Of a stretch of 64,000 bases of DNA, positions 10,872 to 19,116 are shown piece after piece. Position 1 is the stretch's first letter. Every line of letters begins with the position of its first letter. This stretch comes from Candidatus Helarchaeota archaeon (GTDB lineage Archaea; Asgardarchaeota; Lokiarchaeia; Helarchaeales; RDOG01): NCBI GenBank assembly GCA_019058315.1, contig JAHPZH010000002.1, forward strand, positions 973,910-1,037,909. Direction: 5' to 3'. Under the pieces are notes generated by a model. It was not told the DNA's origin and did not search any database. It saw only the letters and a program-made list of their open reading frames with translations. The translations under genes were made by a program, and so were the position numbers.

Positions 10872-11027
10872 TTGGATACAGGAAGAAAAGATGAACGTGG
10901 TAGAGAGCTATACAAAGTGACTTGTGCAGATTGTGGCAAGGAAACCGAAGTTCCATTTAAACCAGACGGATCAAGGCCTGTATATTGCAGGGATTGTTAT
11001 AGGAAACAAAGACCTAAAAGGTATTAG
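10872..11027 (+). CDS. CxxC-x17-CxxC zinc-ribbon small protein
   Basis: Below the ORF track cut-off. TTG start after GGTGA; MDTGRKDERGRELYKVTCADCGKETEVPFKPDGSRPVYCRDCYRKQRPKRY (51 aa) has the family signature CADCG..TEVPF.P...RPVYC..C. Confidence 0.92.
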   Translation: MDTGRKDERGRELYKVTCADCGKETEVPFKPDGSRPVYCRDCYRKQRPKRY

Positions 11028-11122
11028 AAAATTAATGTCATGTAAAACGAATTAAAGTCATTATATCTTTCTATTTAAATCAATTTTTTTATTTTAAATT
11101 AATTAATATTATTTAATTCTGC

Positions 11123-11854
11123 TCAGGTTTTCCAGACTTCGTCTAAATATTTCATTAGGACGAAATTTTCAACATCTCTTAGAGATTTTATTGAATTATC
11201 CTCCCGAAGTGCTGTTTCCATACTTTTTTGAATATCTTCATTTATCTTTAATTTTTTTGCTTTATATTTCAATAATTCTATTTTGACATCTATGGACGGA
11301 TCGGGGAATTCAATTTCATATAAACGGTCACGAATAGCATTATCAATAAGGTCTACTCGGTTAGAAGTTAATAGAATAAATTCTTTAGCGGTATTAAGAT
11401 TATCAATTTGGTGGAAAAATACATTCAAATGCCCTAGATACCAAGCTTCCAGCTTTATTCCCCAATCTCTAGTTATAAACAAGCCATCAGCGTCATCAAA
11501 CATATATATTATCGGAGAAATTTTTTTAGTTTTCTCCTGTCCACGTTTAAACACATTTCTAATTCTCTGTTCAGTCTCTCCGTATTTATGATGTGCAAGA
11601 TGTCCACAATCAGTGAAAATCATATTTTTCTGCCAAATATCTTCAGCTCCAATTTCAGTAACAACCCGTTCAATGACTTTAAGCGCTGTTATTGTTTTAC
11701 CATTTCCCGGAACGCCATAGAATAAGACTCCTTTTATTCCATCGGTAATTCGATTATCATATTGATGTTTTATTAAGGAAACACATTTAGAACAAACCTC
11801 GTTATGAAATGTTCCTAGTAGAGGTGTATCTTGTAATTCTTCTATTCGAACCAT
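11123..11854 (-). CDS. Minimal single-domain AAA+ ATPase
   Basis: Walker A GVPGNGKT, pore loop KYGETE, Walker B IYMFDD, sensor 1 LTSNR, SRH IDNAIRDR. Confidence 0.88.
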   Translation of the reverse strand: MVRIEELQDTPLLGTFHNEVCSKCVSLIKHQYDNRITDGIKGVLFYGVPGNGKTITALKVIERVVTEIGAEDIWQKNMIFTDCGHLAHHKYGETEQRIRNVFKRGQEKTKKISPIIYMFDDADGLFITRDWGIKLEAWYLGHLNVFFHQIDNLNTAKEFILLTSNRVDLIDNAIRDRLYEIEFPDPSIDVKIELLKYKAKKLKINEDIQKSMETALREDNSIKSLRDVENFVLMKYLDEVWKT

Positions 11855-11965
11855 TTAAGCCACAGCTCTATTGTTGGCATAATTAGCTAATAATTTTAAA
11901 TTTTTGTGAAATATTAAAATTTAATATAATTAAAAATATTTTTAATTGCTAATTTACATTTTTAG

Positions 11966-12658
11966 ATGATTAATATGAATAATGAGGAATATGAAGATAC
12001 ACCACCGGAGAAAATGACTATCTCCATAATGCTTCGCTTGGTAGGATTAGCATTCATTTCTGGAGCTCTACTGGGACAAGCAATCGATTTTGCCTACCCT
12101 ATGTTTGGTGCTTTGCATTATCATGATCCTACTATACAAATTCCAAGTCTGGGTATTGAATTTTGCTGGTGGATCCCGATCTTGTATGGGACTGCTGGAG
12201 TTATATTAATGCTTGGATATGTGTTATTTGATAGATGGACACATCAGAAACCACGCGGAGGGTTTAACCCGAGATGGAGATTTGTACTTGCAGGAATAGG
12301 ACTTTTTGCCCTACAATTTTACGGAGGACCCTTTTTGTATGGTATAGGAGTCCCCAATTTTTGGCTCTTTTTTATCACAGTTTCGACTGGTCTACTTGTT
12401 TGGTGGGTGTTTGACCGGACGTATGGAGGTTTATTCATGCTCTTTCTGGTCGCCACTATTGGACCTTTACTTGAGTTCACAATGATTAACGTTCTAAATC
12501 TTTACCATTACTCCGGACCGGATATAGTTGGTCTCCCTCTGTGGATTATAGGCGCATATATGTGCGGGGCCGCTCCCAATGGCATCTTGGCTCGTAAATA
12601 TCTTGTTTATCTCCAAAAAACCAAGTCGAAAGATCTTGTAAAGGGAAAAGAACTCTAG
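11966..12658 (+). CDS. INSIG-family (insulin-induced gene-like) six-TM membrane protein
   Basis: WWIPILYGTAGVILMLGYVLFD and WWVFDRTYGGL...LYHYSGPDIVGLPLW...GILAR parallel the recalled INSIG motifs WWVPPCCGTA..V.GLLYPCID and WWTFDRSRSG...YQYTSPDFL...W...GNIGR. Confidence 0.8.
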   Translation: MINMNNEEYEDTPPEKMTISIMLRLVGLAFISGALLGQAIDFAYPMFGALHYHDPTIQIPSLGIEFCWWIPILYGTAGVILMLGYVLFDRWTHQKPRGGFNPRWRFVLAGIGLFALQFYGGPFLYGIGVPNFWLFFITVSTGLLVWWVFDRTYGGLFMLFLVATIGPLLEFTMINVLNLYHYSGPDIVGLPLWIIGAYMCGAAPNGILARKYLVYLQKTKSKDLVKGKEL

Positions 12659-12736
12659 TTAAAATTACAATTTAGTTGAAATTCATTTTTTTTTGTAACT
12701 TCAAAATAATAAAATCCAAGTACATGGGAAATTCTA

Positions 12737-13396
12737 ATGAGCCAAAAAAAAAAGATATTTTTTAAGGTTGTAATAATTGGAGATTCTGGTTCAGGGAAGA
12801 CTTCTTTATTATATAGATATTTTCCACATAATTGGGGAATATATGCTACGCTAGGAGTTAATATAGAAAACAAGAAAATCGAAAGTGCTAAAAATAAGAA
12901 TATATCATTTTCATTTTGGGAAATAGTGGGAGATCCAAAAAAATATGACTCAGTATTTTTTAAAAAATTATATGCTGGAGCAAAAGGCATTATATTAATA
13001 TTTGACGTTGGAAATACAGAATCTTTTAGAAATCTTTCTTATTGGCTAAATGATATCAATAAATACATTGATTATGAATTTGCTGGAATCCTAGTAGGAA
13101 ATAAGATGGATAGGGCAGATCGAAAAATAACTTATTCACAAGGTCAAAAATTTGCAGATAAAATTGGCTTTGAATATATCGAAACATCTGCAAAGACAAA
13201 TATAAATGTAAAGGAAGCATTTCAATACATTATTGAGGAAATTTTACATCCTAAAAAAGAAAAAATAAATGAAATTGTAAAAAGGATTAAATATATTGAA
13301 TCATTACTTAAAGAAAAAAGTTTAAAATTAGAAGATTATCAACACCTAAAAAAAGAATTAGATGATCTCTCTGAAAAATTAGAAAAAATTTCATAA
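12737..13396 (+). CDS. Rab-like small GTPase with divergent G3 box and C-terminal helical extension
   Basis: FKVVIIGDSGSGKTS, ATLGV, WEIVGD (G3), LYAGAKGIILIFDV, GNKMD and ETSAK. Confidence 0.92.
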   Translation: MSQKKKIFFKVVIIGDSGSGKTSLLYRYFPHNWGIYATLGVNIENKKIESAKNKNISFSFWEIVGDPKKYDSVFFKKLYAGAKGIILIFDVGNTESFRNLSYWLNDINKYIDYEFAGILVGNKMDRADRKITYSQGQKFADKIGFEYIETSAKTNINVKEAFQYIIEEILHPKKEKINEIVKRIKYIESLLKEKSLKLEDYQHLKKELDDLSEKLEKIS

Positions 13397-13490
13397 TTTT
13401 AAGGAAAAAATTAAAGTGAATAAAATTCTTGTTTAAAAATAAGAAAAAAGAGAATAGTTTATTTTAATATTAAAGAGAAAGAGTGATTAT

Positions 13491-14579
13491 TTGTTTCAAA
13501 TAAATTTTGTTGAATTAACCTCGTTATTTCTCTATATTGTGTTTGCTTTTAATTCATTTTTTCTCGCATTCATGTTTTTCTTAAAGTTAAAGCGAGCGAG
13601 GGGATCTGGAATCGATCTAACACCATTTTTGGGGTTAGAAATTTTTTTGCTTCTTTTTGGTTTAGTACATATAGTGTGGGCATATTACCATTTCTATATT
13701 TACACATTTGAGTTAGCATTATATGGATTTGATTTTGAATTAGTAGGTATCTACAAAGTTTCTATTTTAATGACATATTTGGGACTTATAGGGTTTATTT
13801 TCTTTTCGGAAAAAATGGTGGGAAAAACCAAATTTATATTCACTTTTTTTAGTATTGGTTGTTGTATTTATGGAATATTTTTCACATTTACAATACAAGA
13901 CTTACGATTATTTACTTATTTCACTAATCCGGTTAATGTGACCGTTATATTCGCAAGTTTTTTATATACTCTTGTATTTAAAACGAAAGGGAAGATTCGG
14001 CAAAAAATGGCATTTAGTTTTATAGCTTTTTTAGGTTTTACTTTCTTTTTTGTTCTCGACACAAATATAGGTAGAAATCTTTTAAAATTACCTATCGAGG
14101 TCACATCTGTAATAGCGAAAATTGGTTTAATAATTACTTTAAATATTCAAGGAATCATTTTTCTCAGTTTTGAAACATTTACAGAGTTTGGGTGGAAGGA
14201 AAGACTAAAAGAACTTTATATTATTGCTCCTAGTGGAGCAACTCTTTTTCACCATTCTTTTATATCCAATATAGAAACTCCAACTCATGACTTAATATCA
14301 AGTGGTCTTATAGGAGTAAAGGGGATCTTGGGTGAGATCATGGAAAGTAGACAACATTTAAAAATTGTGGACCATGAAGATGTAAAAATTATTTTTGAAT
14401 ATGGTCGATATACCACAATGGCTCTAATTGTTTATGAAAATCTAAGTATTTACCACTCAAAACTAGCATCCCTAAGCAATCAATTTGAGGATTTATTTCA
14501 AGATATTCTTGCAAATTGGGCCGGTGAAATTGAGGTCTTCCTCCCAACAAAACGATTAATAGAAAAAACCTTTGATTAA
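13491..14579 (+). CDS. Seven-TM membrane protein fused to C-terminal longin-like domain
   Basis: About 7 hydrophobic helices, then WKERLKELYIIAPSGATLFHHSF...LISSGLIGVKGILGEI...IIFEYGRY...WAGEIEVF, which aligns by eye with the C-terminus of 4451-7825. Confidence 0.8.
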   Translation: MFQINFVELTSLFLYIVFAFNSFFLAFMFFLKLKRARGSGIDLTPFLGLEIFLLLFGLVHIVWAYYHFYIYTFELALYGFDFELVGIYKVSILMTYLGLIGFIFFSEKMVGKTKFIFTFFSIGCCIYGIFFTFTIQDLRLFTYFTNPVNVTVIFASFLYTLVFKTKGKIRQKMAFSFIAFLGFTFFFVLDTNIGRNLLKLPIEVTSVIAKIGLIITLNIQGIIFLSFETFTEFGWKERLKELYIIAPSGATLFHHSFISNIETPTHDLISSGLIGVKGILGEIMESRQHLKIVDHEDVKIIFEYGRYTTMALIVYENLSIYHSKLASLSNQFEDLFQDILANWAGEIEVFLPTKRLIEKTFD

Positions 14580-14649
14580 ATTCATGTGAATTTAAGAAAT
14601 CTGTAAAAATGTAATTAATATTAATCCGTATATTATAAAGGGAATTAAA

Positions 14650-15336
14650 TTGTCTCCTGATATCAGTAAAGATCCGAGAATTTTAATGGTAGAGCATGTA
14701 TTAAAGAGATTAAAAGACCTAACCGTTAACAAGAGGTATAAGCTTCCAGCTAGCAAGGAAAATACAATGGAAGCGATTTCTAAATTAAATTCTGCAATTA
14801 AAACGATAAGATATAGTTATACAGCTCCTTTAGAACTTGTAGATAATCAAGTCGTAAAAGAATTTGATTTAATGACAAATCAATTTTGGGATGCAATATT
14901 AAAAAATTATGGAGAAATCGAGAAAAATAAATTAATGGCAGCGGAGTTAAAATTTATTTTTAATATTTTAAAAGGTTTTAGAGAAAGATTAAGGATGGGC
15001 AATGAAATTTCAATAGAAAAATCGATAGATCTAATCGCAGTTAAAATTGTAGCTGTTACGAAATTGGATCAGAACTTGAAACTATGCCGAGTTGGTGACG
15101 GGAAGGGAATTATTACGATAATTACAAATTTATCCGAAATTAAGAAAGATATGGTGGTTCCTGCCGCAATATTACCTCCTCGAGAATTCGGAGCTGAAGT
15201 GAGTGAGGCAATGTTCTGTTCTGGCAAGGATCTGCTTGAAATGCATGATCATGTAGGAGAATATGTTTCTAATCTACCAGATACTGATTTAAAAGAAGTA
15301 AAACATACTATCGTGAATTTATTGAAAGATATTTAA
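14650..15336 (+). CDS. Archaeal tRNA-binding protein with C-terminal EMAP/Trbp111-like OB fold
   Basis: DISKDPRIL N-terminus, TIRYSY, IITNL...AILPPREFGAEVSEAMF. Confidence 0.85.
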   Translation: MSPDISKDPRILMVEHVLKRLKDLTVNKRYKLPASKENTMEAISKLNSAIKTIRYSYTAPLELVDNQVVKEFDLMTNQFWDAILKNYGEIEKNKLMAAELKFIFNILKGFRERLRMGNEISIEKSIDLIAVKIVAVTKLDQNLKLCRVGDGKGIITIITNLSEIKKDMVVPAAILPPREFGAEVSEAMFCSGKDLLEMHDHVGEYVSNLPDTDLKEVKHTIVNLLKDI

Positions 15337-15440
15337 GATTTTAGCATTTTTTGAATTCAGAACATTAAATAAAAAAATGATGTTTTATAAAAAGAATTTA
15401 AAGAAAATTACTCACTGAAATAAGGAGGATAATAATTAAA

Positions 15441-16790
15441 ATGAGTTCAAAATCTACAGGGCTCTCGGTAGAGACAGTTCGTGTTATTGTATTTAAAGAT
15501 GGATATTGTATGTTTGTGAAGAAGGCCAAAGGTAGGGTTGATTCTACTAATAGAGCAATTATAAATAATGTTCCCGAGTCAATGGTTCTTGGATCATTCT
15601 GGGCAATTCCAGTTAATGGAAATTTAGCTAATATTATTGCGAAACAACAAATTATTACTCGGAAAGCGAAACAAGAAAAAGAAAAATGTCTTTTACTTAA
15701 ATTTAATGCAGATATGTCAGATAAAGATGTTGAAGTAGTTTTAAATTATTTTGGACCTGGAATTCGATGGATTCCTACTTATAGAATTACATTAGAAAAT
15801 GATGAACAATGTCACTTGATGATGCAAGCTGTTGTTCTCAATGAAGCTGAGGATCTTGATGATATTCCAATGGATCTAGTTGTGGGAGTTCCAAACTTTC
15901 GTTTTAAACAAATAATCTCACCAATGAGTCTAGAAGCGACTCTTCGAAATCCCCTCCAACAAATTGCTCCCCAACTTGAATCACAAACTCTTGGAAACGT
16001 TGTTATGACGCAACGAATGGGATATATGCCAGAAAGTGGACCTGCAATAGGAGGTACTCCTTCAACAGTTCCGGCATTGCCTTCTGAGCTAAGTGGAGAA
16101 GGATCCCAAGACTTATTTCTTTATAAAATACCAAAGATTTCGTTATTTGTGGGTGAGAGGGCAGTTATACCCTTAGTTTCTACTAAACAATCATTTCAAC
16201 ATCTTTATACCTGGGAAGTTCACCTAAGTCGATCAAGTGTGGATTTAATGCCAGGAAGTGTAAGTATTTCACCGATAAAATTAACTAGAAATGAGATCTG
16301 GCACCAAATAGAACTAACTAACCAAACTGAGGTCCCTTGGACAACAGGGGCTGCTTTAATCATGGAAAAGCTTCTACCAGTTGCTCAAGAATTATTAACT
16401 TATACTCCGATTGGTGGTATAGTCCGGATACCCCTTTCAGTTGCGATTGACATTAGAGGAAATTATTTTGAAGAGGAATTAACCCGTGAACCCAAAGCAA
16501 TTCATTTTGACAGAGATGATTATGCTAAAATAACAAAAAAAGGAACACTAAATGTAATTAATTATAAAGATAAAACCATAGATCTAATAATCAAATGCGA
16601 GTTTGGTGGCAACGCGAACCAAGCCTCACATGATGGTAAAATAAAAATATCCGATTTCCAAAATGACGATTGGACCGATTTTCGTGGGGCAAGGGCACTT
16701 ACTGGTCATAGTTCAATTCAATGGAAACTCCAATTTGCACCAAAAGAAAAACGAGAAGTAACGTTTAAATATCATTATTATATCAGGTAA
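15441..16790 (+). CDS. DUF4139 domain protein
   Basis: VIVFKDGY N-terminal strand, GIRWIPTYRI, LVVGVPNF, DLFLYKI, ELTNQTEVPWTTG; GGAGG RBS. Confidence 0.8.
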   Translation: MSSKSTGLSVETVRVIVFKDGYCMFVKKAKGRVDSTNRAIINNVPESMVLGSFWAIPVNGNLANIIAKQQIITRKAKQEKEKCLLLKFNADMSDKDVEVVLNYFGPGIRWIPTYRITLENDEQCHLMMQAVVLNEAEDLDDIPMDLVVGVPNFRFKQIISPMSLEATLRNPLQQIAPQLESQTLGNVVMTQRMGYMPESGPAIGGTPSTVPALPSELSGEGSQDLFLYKIPKISLFVGERAVIPLVSTKQSFQHLYTWEVHLSRSSVDLMPGSVSISPIKLTRNEIWHQIELTNQTEVPWTTGAALIMEKLLPVAQELLTYTPIGGIVRIPLSVAIDIRGNYFEEELTREPKAIHFDRDDYAKITKKGTLNVINYKDKTIDLIIKCEFGGNANQASHDGKIKISDFQNDDWTDFRGARALTGHSSIQWKLQFAPKEKREVTFKYHYYIR

Positions 16791-16856
16791 TTCTCCCAAC
16801 TCTTTTTTTTGCTCTATTCTTTATTTTTGTTATTAAATGATTATAAAAAACATTAA

Positions 16857-17060
16857 ATTCTAAAAAAGATTGAAAATTGTGGTCAATGCTCCAAATACTA
16901 TTGCCTCAAAATTAAGAGAGCATTTGAAATTAATGAAGCGAACATTAAAAAATTTAGAAAAATCTTATCAAAAAAAGAATATGAGACGTGTTATAACGCT
17001 TATTTCTTAAAAAAAGAGCATTTAGATAGGGAAATAGAAAAAAAAATTAACATTTTTTAA
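16857..17060 (+). pseudogene. 3' remnant of a DUF3795-like Cys-rich gene
   Basis: The frame reads ILKKIENCGQCSKYYCLKIKRAFE...YETCYNAYFLKKEHLD* and is preceded by an in-frame TAA (16854-16856), with no proper start and no N-terminal Cys motifs. Confidence 0.6.
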
Positions 17061-17073
17061 AGGTATAAATATC

Positions 17074-17511
17074 TCATAAACAATAACCGACAACTTCAGT
17101 TAATAAGGTCTTAGTTCTTATGTAAGTTCCGGAACCTCTGCCAATTTGTTGTCCATTTGAGTCAAAAATAATAGATTCTGCTATAAAATAGCTTTTTCCT
17201 CTATATACTACGTTGCCAACAGCTTGTAACACGCCGGAATCGATAGGGTGTATAAAATAAATCGTATAATTTCCTGTTAATAGGAAATAATCCGAAACAA
17301 GCGATTGAGCACTAAAAAAGCCTGCATCATCTGCTGCTTTAAAATAAACGGAACCATGAGTTGTTCTACCTGCTTGATAAAATTTTTCAGTAATTGGTAT
17401 ATATATTTCAGCTTTTGCTTTGGAAACTTTAATTTTTAAATTATAATATTCATTGCATGGGGCTATTAAATACATATGTTCTAATTTACGAAAATGGGTT
17501 TCTTTATCCAT
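17074..17511 (-). CDS. PaaI family hotdog-fold thioesterase
   Basis: HFRKLEHMYL and THGSVYFKAADDAGFFSA...IGRGSGTY. Confidence 0.9.
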   Translation of the reverse strand: MDKETHFRKLEHMYLIAPCNEYYNLKIKVSKAKAEIYIPITEKFYQAGRTTHGSVYFKAADDAGFFSAQSLVSDYFLLTGNYTIYFIHPIDSGVLQAVGNVVYRGKSYFIAESIIFDSNGQQIGRGSGTYIRTKTLLTEVVGYCL

Positions 17512-17557
17512 ATTTCATCTCTCCCATATGATTTAATTTTTATTTTTTAAAATTTTT

Positions 17558-18985
17558 TTATTTTGAAATAAAATTAGCGTATTCAACTACTTTAGACAGA
17601 GAATTCGTCAAATCTTTTATACTAGTAAAAAATGGAATACCAATATCTACCATCGTTTTCCTAAAATTATTAAATTGAGTAAAATCACCAAATATCCAGC
17701 AAAAGATAGGTTTTTTTATTGATTTTAAAATCCCACTAAACATTTCATTTCCCGCCATATCCCACCCTCGTTCTCTAACTGCAATAATCGTTAATATTAT
17801 GACATCCACGTTTTGGTCTCTCGACAAAGCGACAAGAGTGTCACCCAAAGCCACACCACCACTTTTATCAATTGCTGGCCATATATCGCATGGGTTATCT
17901 TTTCCAGTTTTCATCCAATCTGGAAAATATTTTGAAATTCTCTTTCTAATTTTTTCTTCATACACTGCCATTTTAAGATTTGGATTTTTTTCTACGTTAT
18001 CCGATAAAACAACGCCTGCCCCACCGCTTATTGTGAGGATTGCTACTCGATTATTTTTTGGAAGTTTACTTTCATTATCTAACAAGATAGAAAATACATG
18101 TAATACTTGTAAAAATTCGTTAAAATCATTCACTCTAATGATTCCCGTTTGTCTTATAACTCCATTTAAAATATCATCATTAGTTGATAATGAACCTGTA
18201 TGTGATAATGCAGCTTTAGATCCCCCTGCTGATGTTCCTCCTTTAAGAAGAATTATAGGTTTTTCTTTTACAATTTCTTTTGCGAGTTTAAAAAATCTCC
18301 TTCCGTCCATAAAACCTTCTAGATATAACCCAATTACCTTAGTTTTAGGATCTTTAGCCATATATTTCAGCGCATCACATTCATTTACATCAAGTTTATT
18401 TCCAATTGCTAAGATCTTATTAACTGGAGTATAATGTTTTGAAGGATTACCAGTAATAATCTGTAACATCATGCCTCCCGCCATCATACCACTCTGGGAA
18501 GCAATAGATACCGATCCCTTGAGCTCTTCTATATCAACCTCCCGCAAAGCCGGTTTCAAAGGCACAAATGGGGTAAAAAGTTGATTATGAAAATCTGCAT
18601 AACCAGTACAATTAGGGCCCCAAACTCTAATTCCAGCATCATTTGTCAGTCGTTTTATTTCGTTAAATAATTCAAGGTTTCCGACTTCATTGAATCCTGA
18701 TGATTCAATTAAGATAACTTTCACTTTTTTTTGGACGCATTCTTTTACTACTTTTGAAACGTTAGTAGGTGGAATGAATACTATAACAAGATCCAAGTCT
18801 ACTTCTACATCAAGAACTGAAGGATAAGCTTTCATATCCAATATTTTAGTTGCTGATGGGTTAATTGGGAAAATTTTTAAATTTTTTTGTAATGTTAAAT
18901 TTCTTATAATGTTATTGGAATCTTTATTAGGGTTCCGACTTGCCCCTACAATTGCAACGGTTTTAAATGAAAAGAATTTCTGCAT
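17558..18985 (-). CDS. NDP-forming acyl-CoA synthetase alpha-subunit-like (CoA-binding + ligase domains)
   Basis: VAIVGAS, VWGPNCTG, SQSG, IGNKLDV, YLEG, ALSHTGSL (phospho-His), TISGGAGV and NPCD; no ATP-grasp domain. Confidence 0.9.
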   Translation of the reverse strand: MQKFFSFKTVAIVGASRNPNKDSNNIIRNLTLQKNLKIFPINPSATKILDMKAYPSVLDVEVDLDLVIVFIPPTNVSKVVKECVQKKVKVILIESSGFNEVGNLELFNEIKRLTNDAGIRVWGPNCTGYADFHNQLFTPFVPLKPALREVDIEELKGSVSIASQSGMMAGGMMLQIITGNPSKHYTPVNKILAIGNKLDVNECDALKYMAKDPKTKVIGLYLEGFMDGRRFFKLAKEIVKEKPIILLKGGTSAGGSKAALSHTGSLSTNDDILNGVIRQTGIIRVNDFNEFLQVLHVFSILLDNESKLPKNNRVAILTISGGAGVVLSDNVEKNPNLKMAVYEEKIRKRISKYFPDWMKTGKDNPCDIWPAIDKSGGVALGDTLVALSRDQNVDVIILTIIAVRERGWDMAGNEMFSGILKSIKKPIFCWIFGDFTQFNNFRKTMVDIGIPFFTSIKDLTNSLSKVVEYANFISK

Positions 18986-19116
18986 ATATTATTTTTAAAA
19001 ATTCTTAACAAAAATTCTTCGATTAATTCTAAATTCCTCCATAATATTACCAAAAATAAAAAATAGATATTCATAAATTATATTTACAAATTACAAAGAA
19101 GTCTAAGGAGGTTATC

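Noticed and set aside
17799-18434. 211-aa + strand ORF
   Set aside because: It is antisense to the well-supported acyl-CoA ligase and has no motifs.
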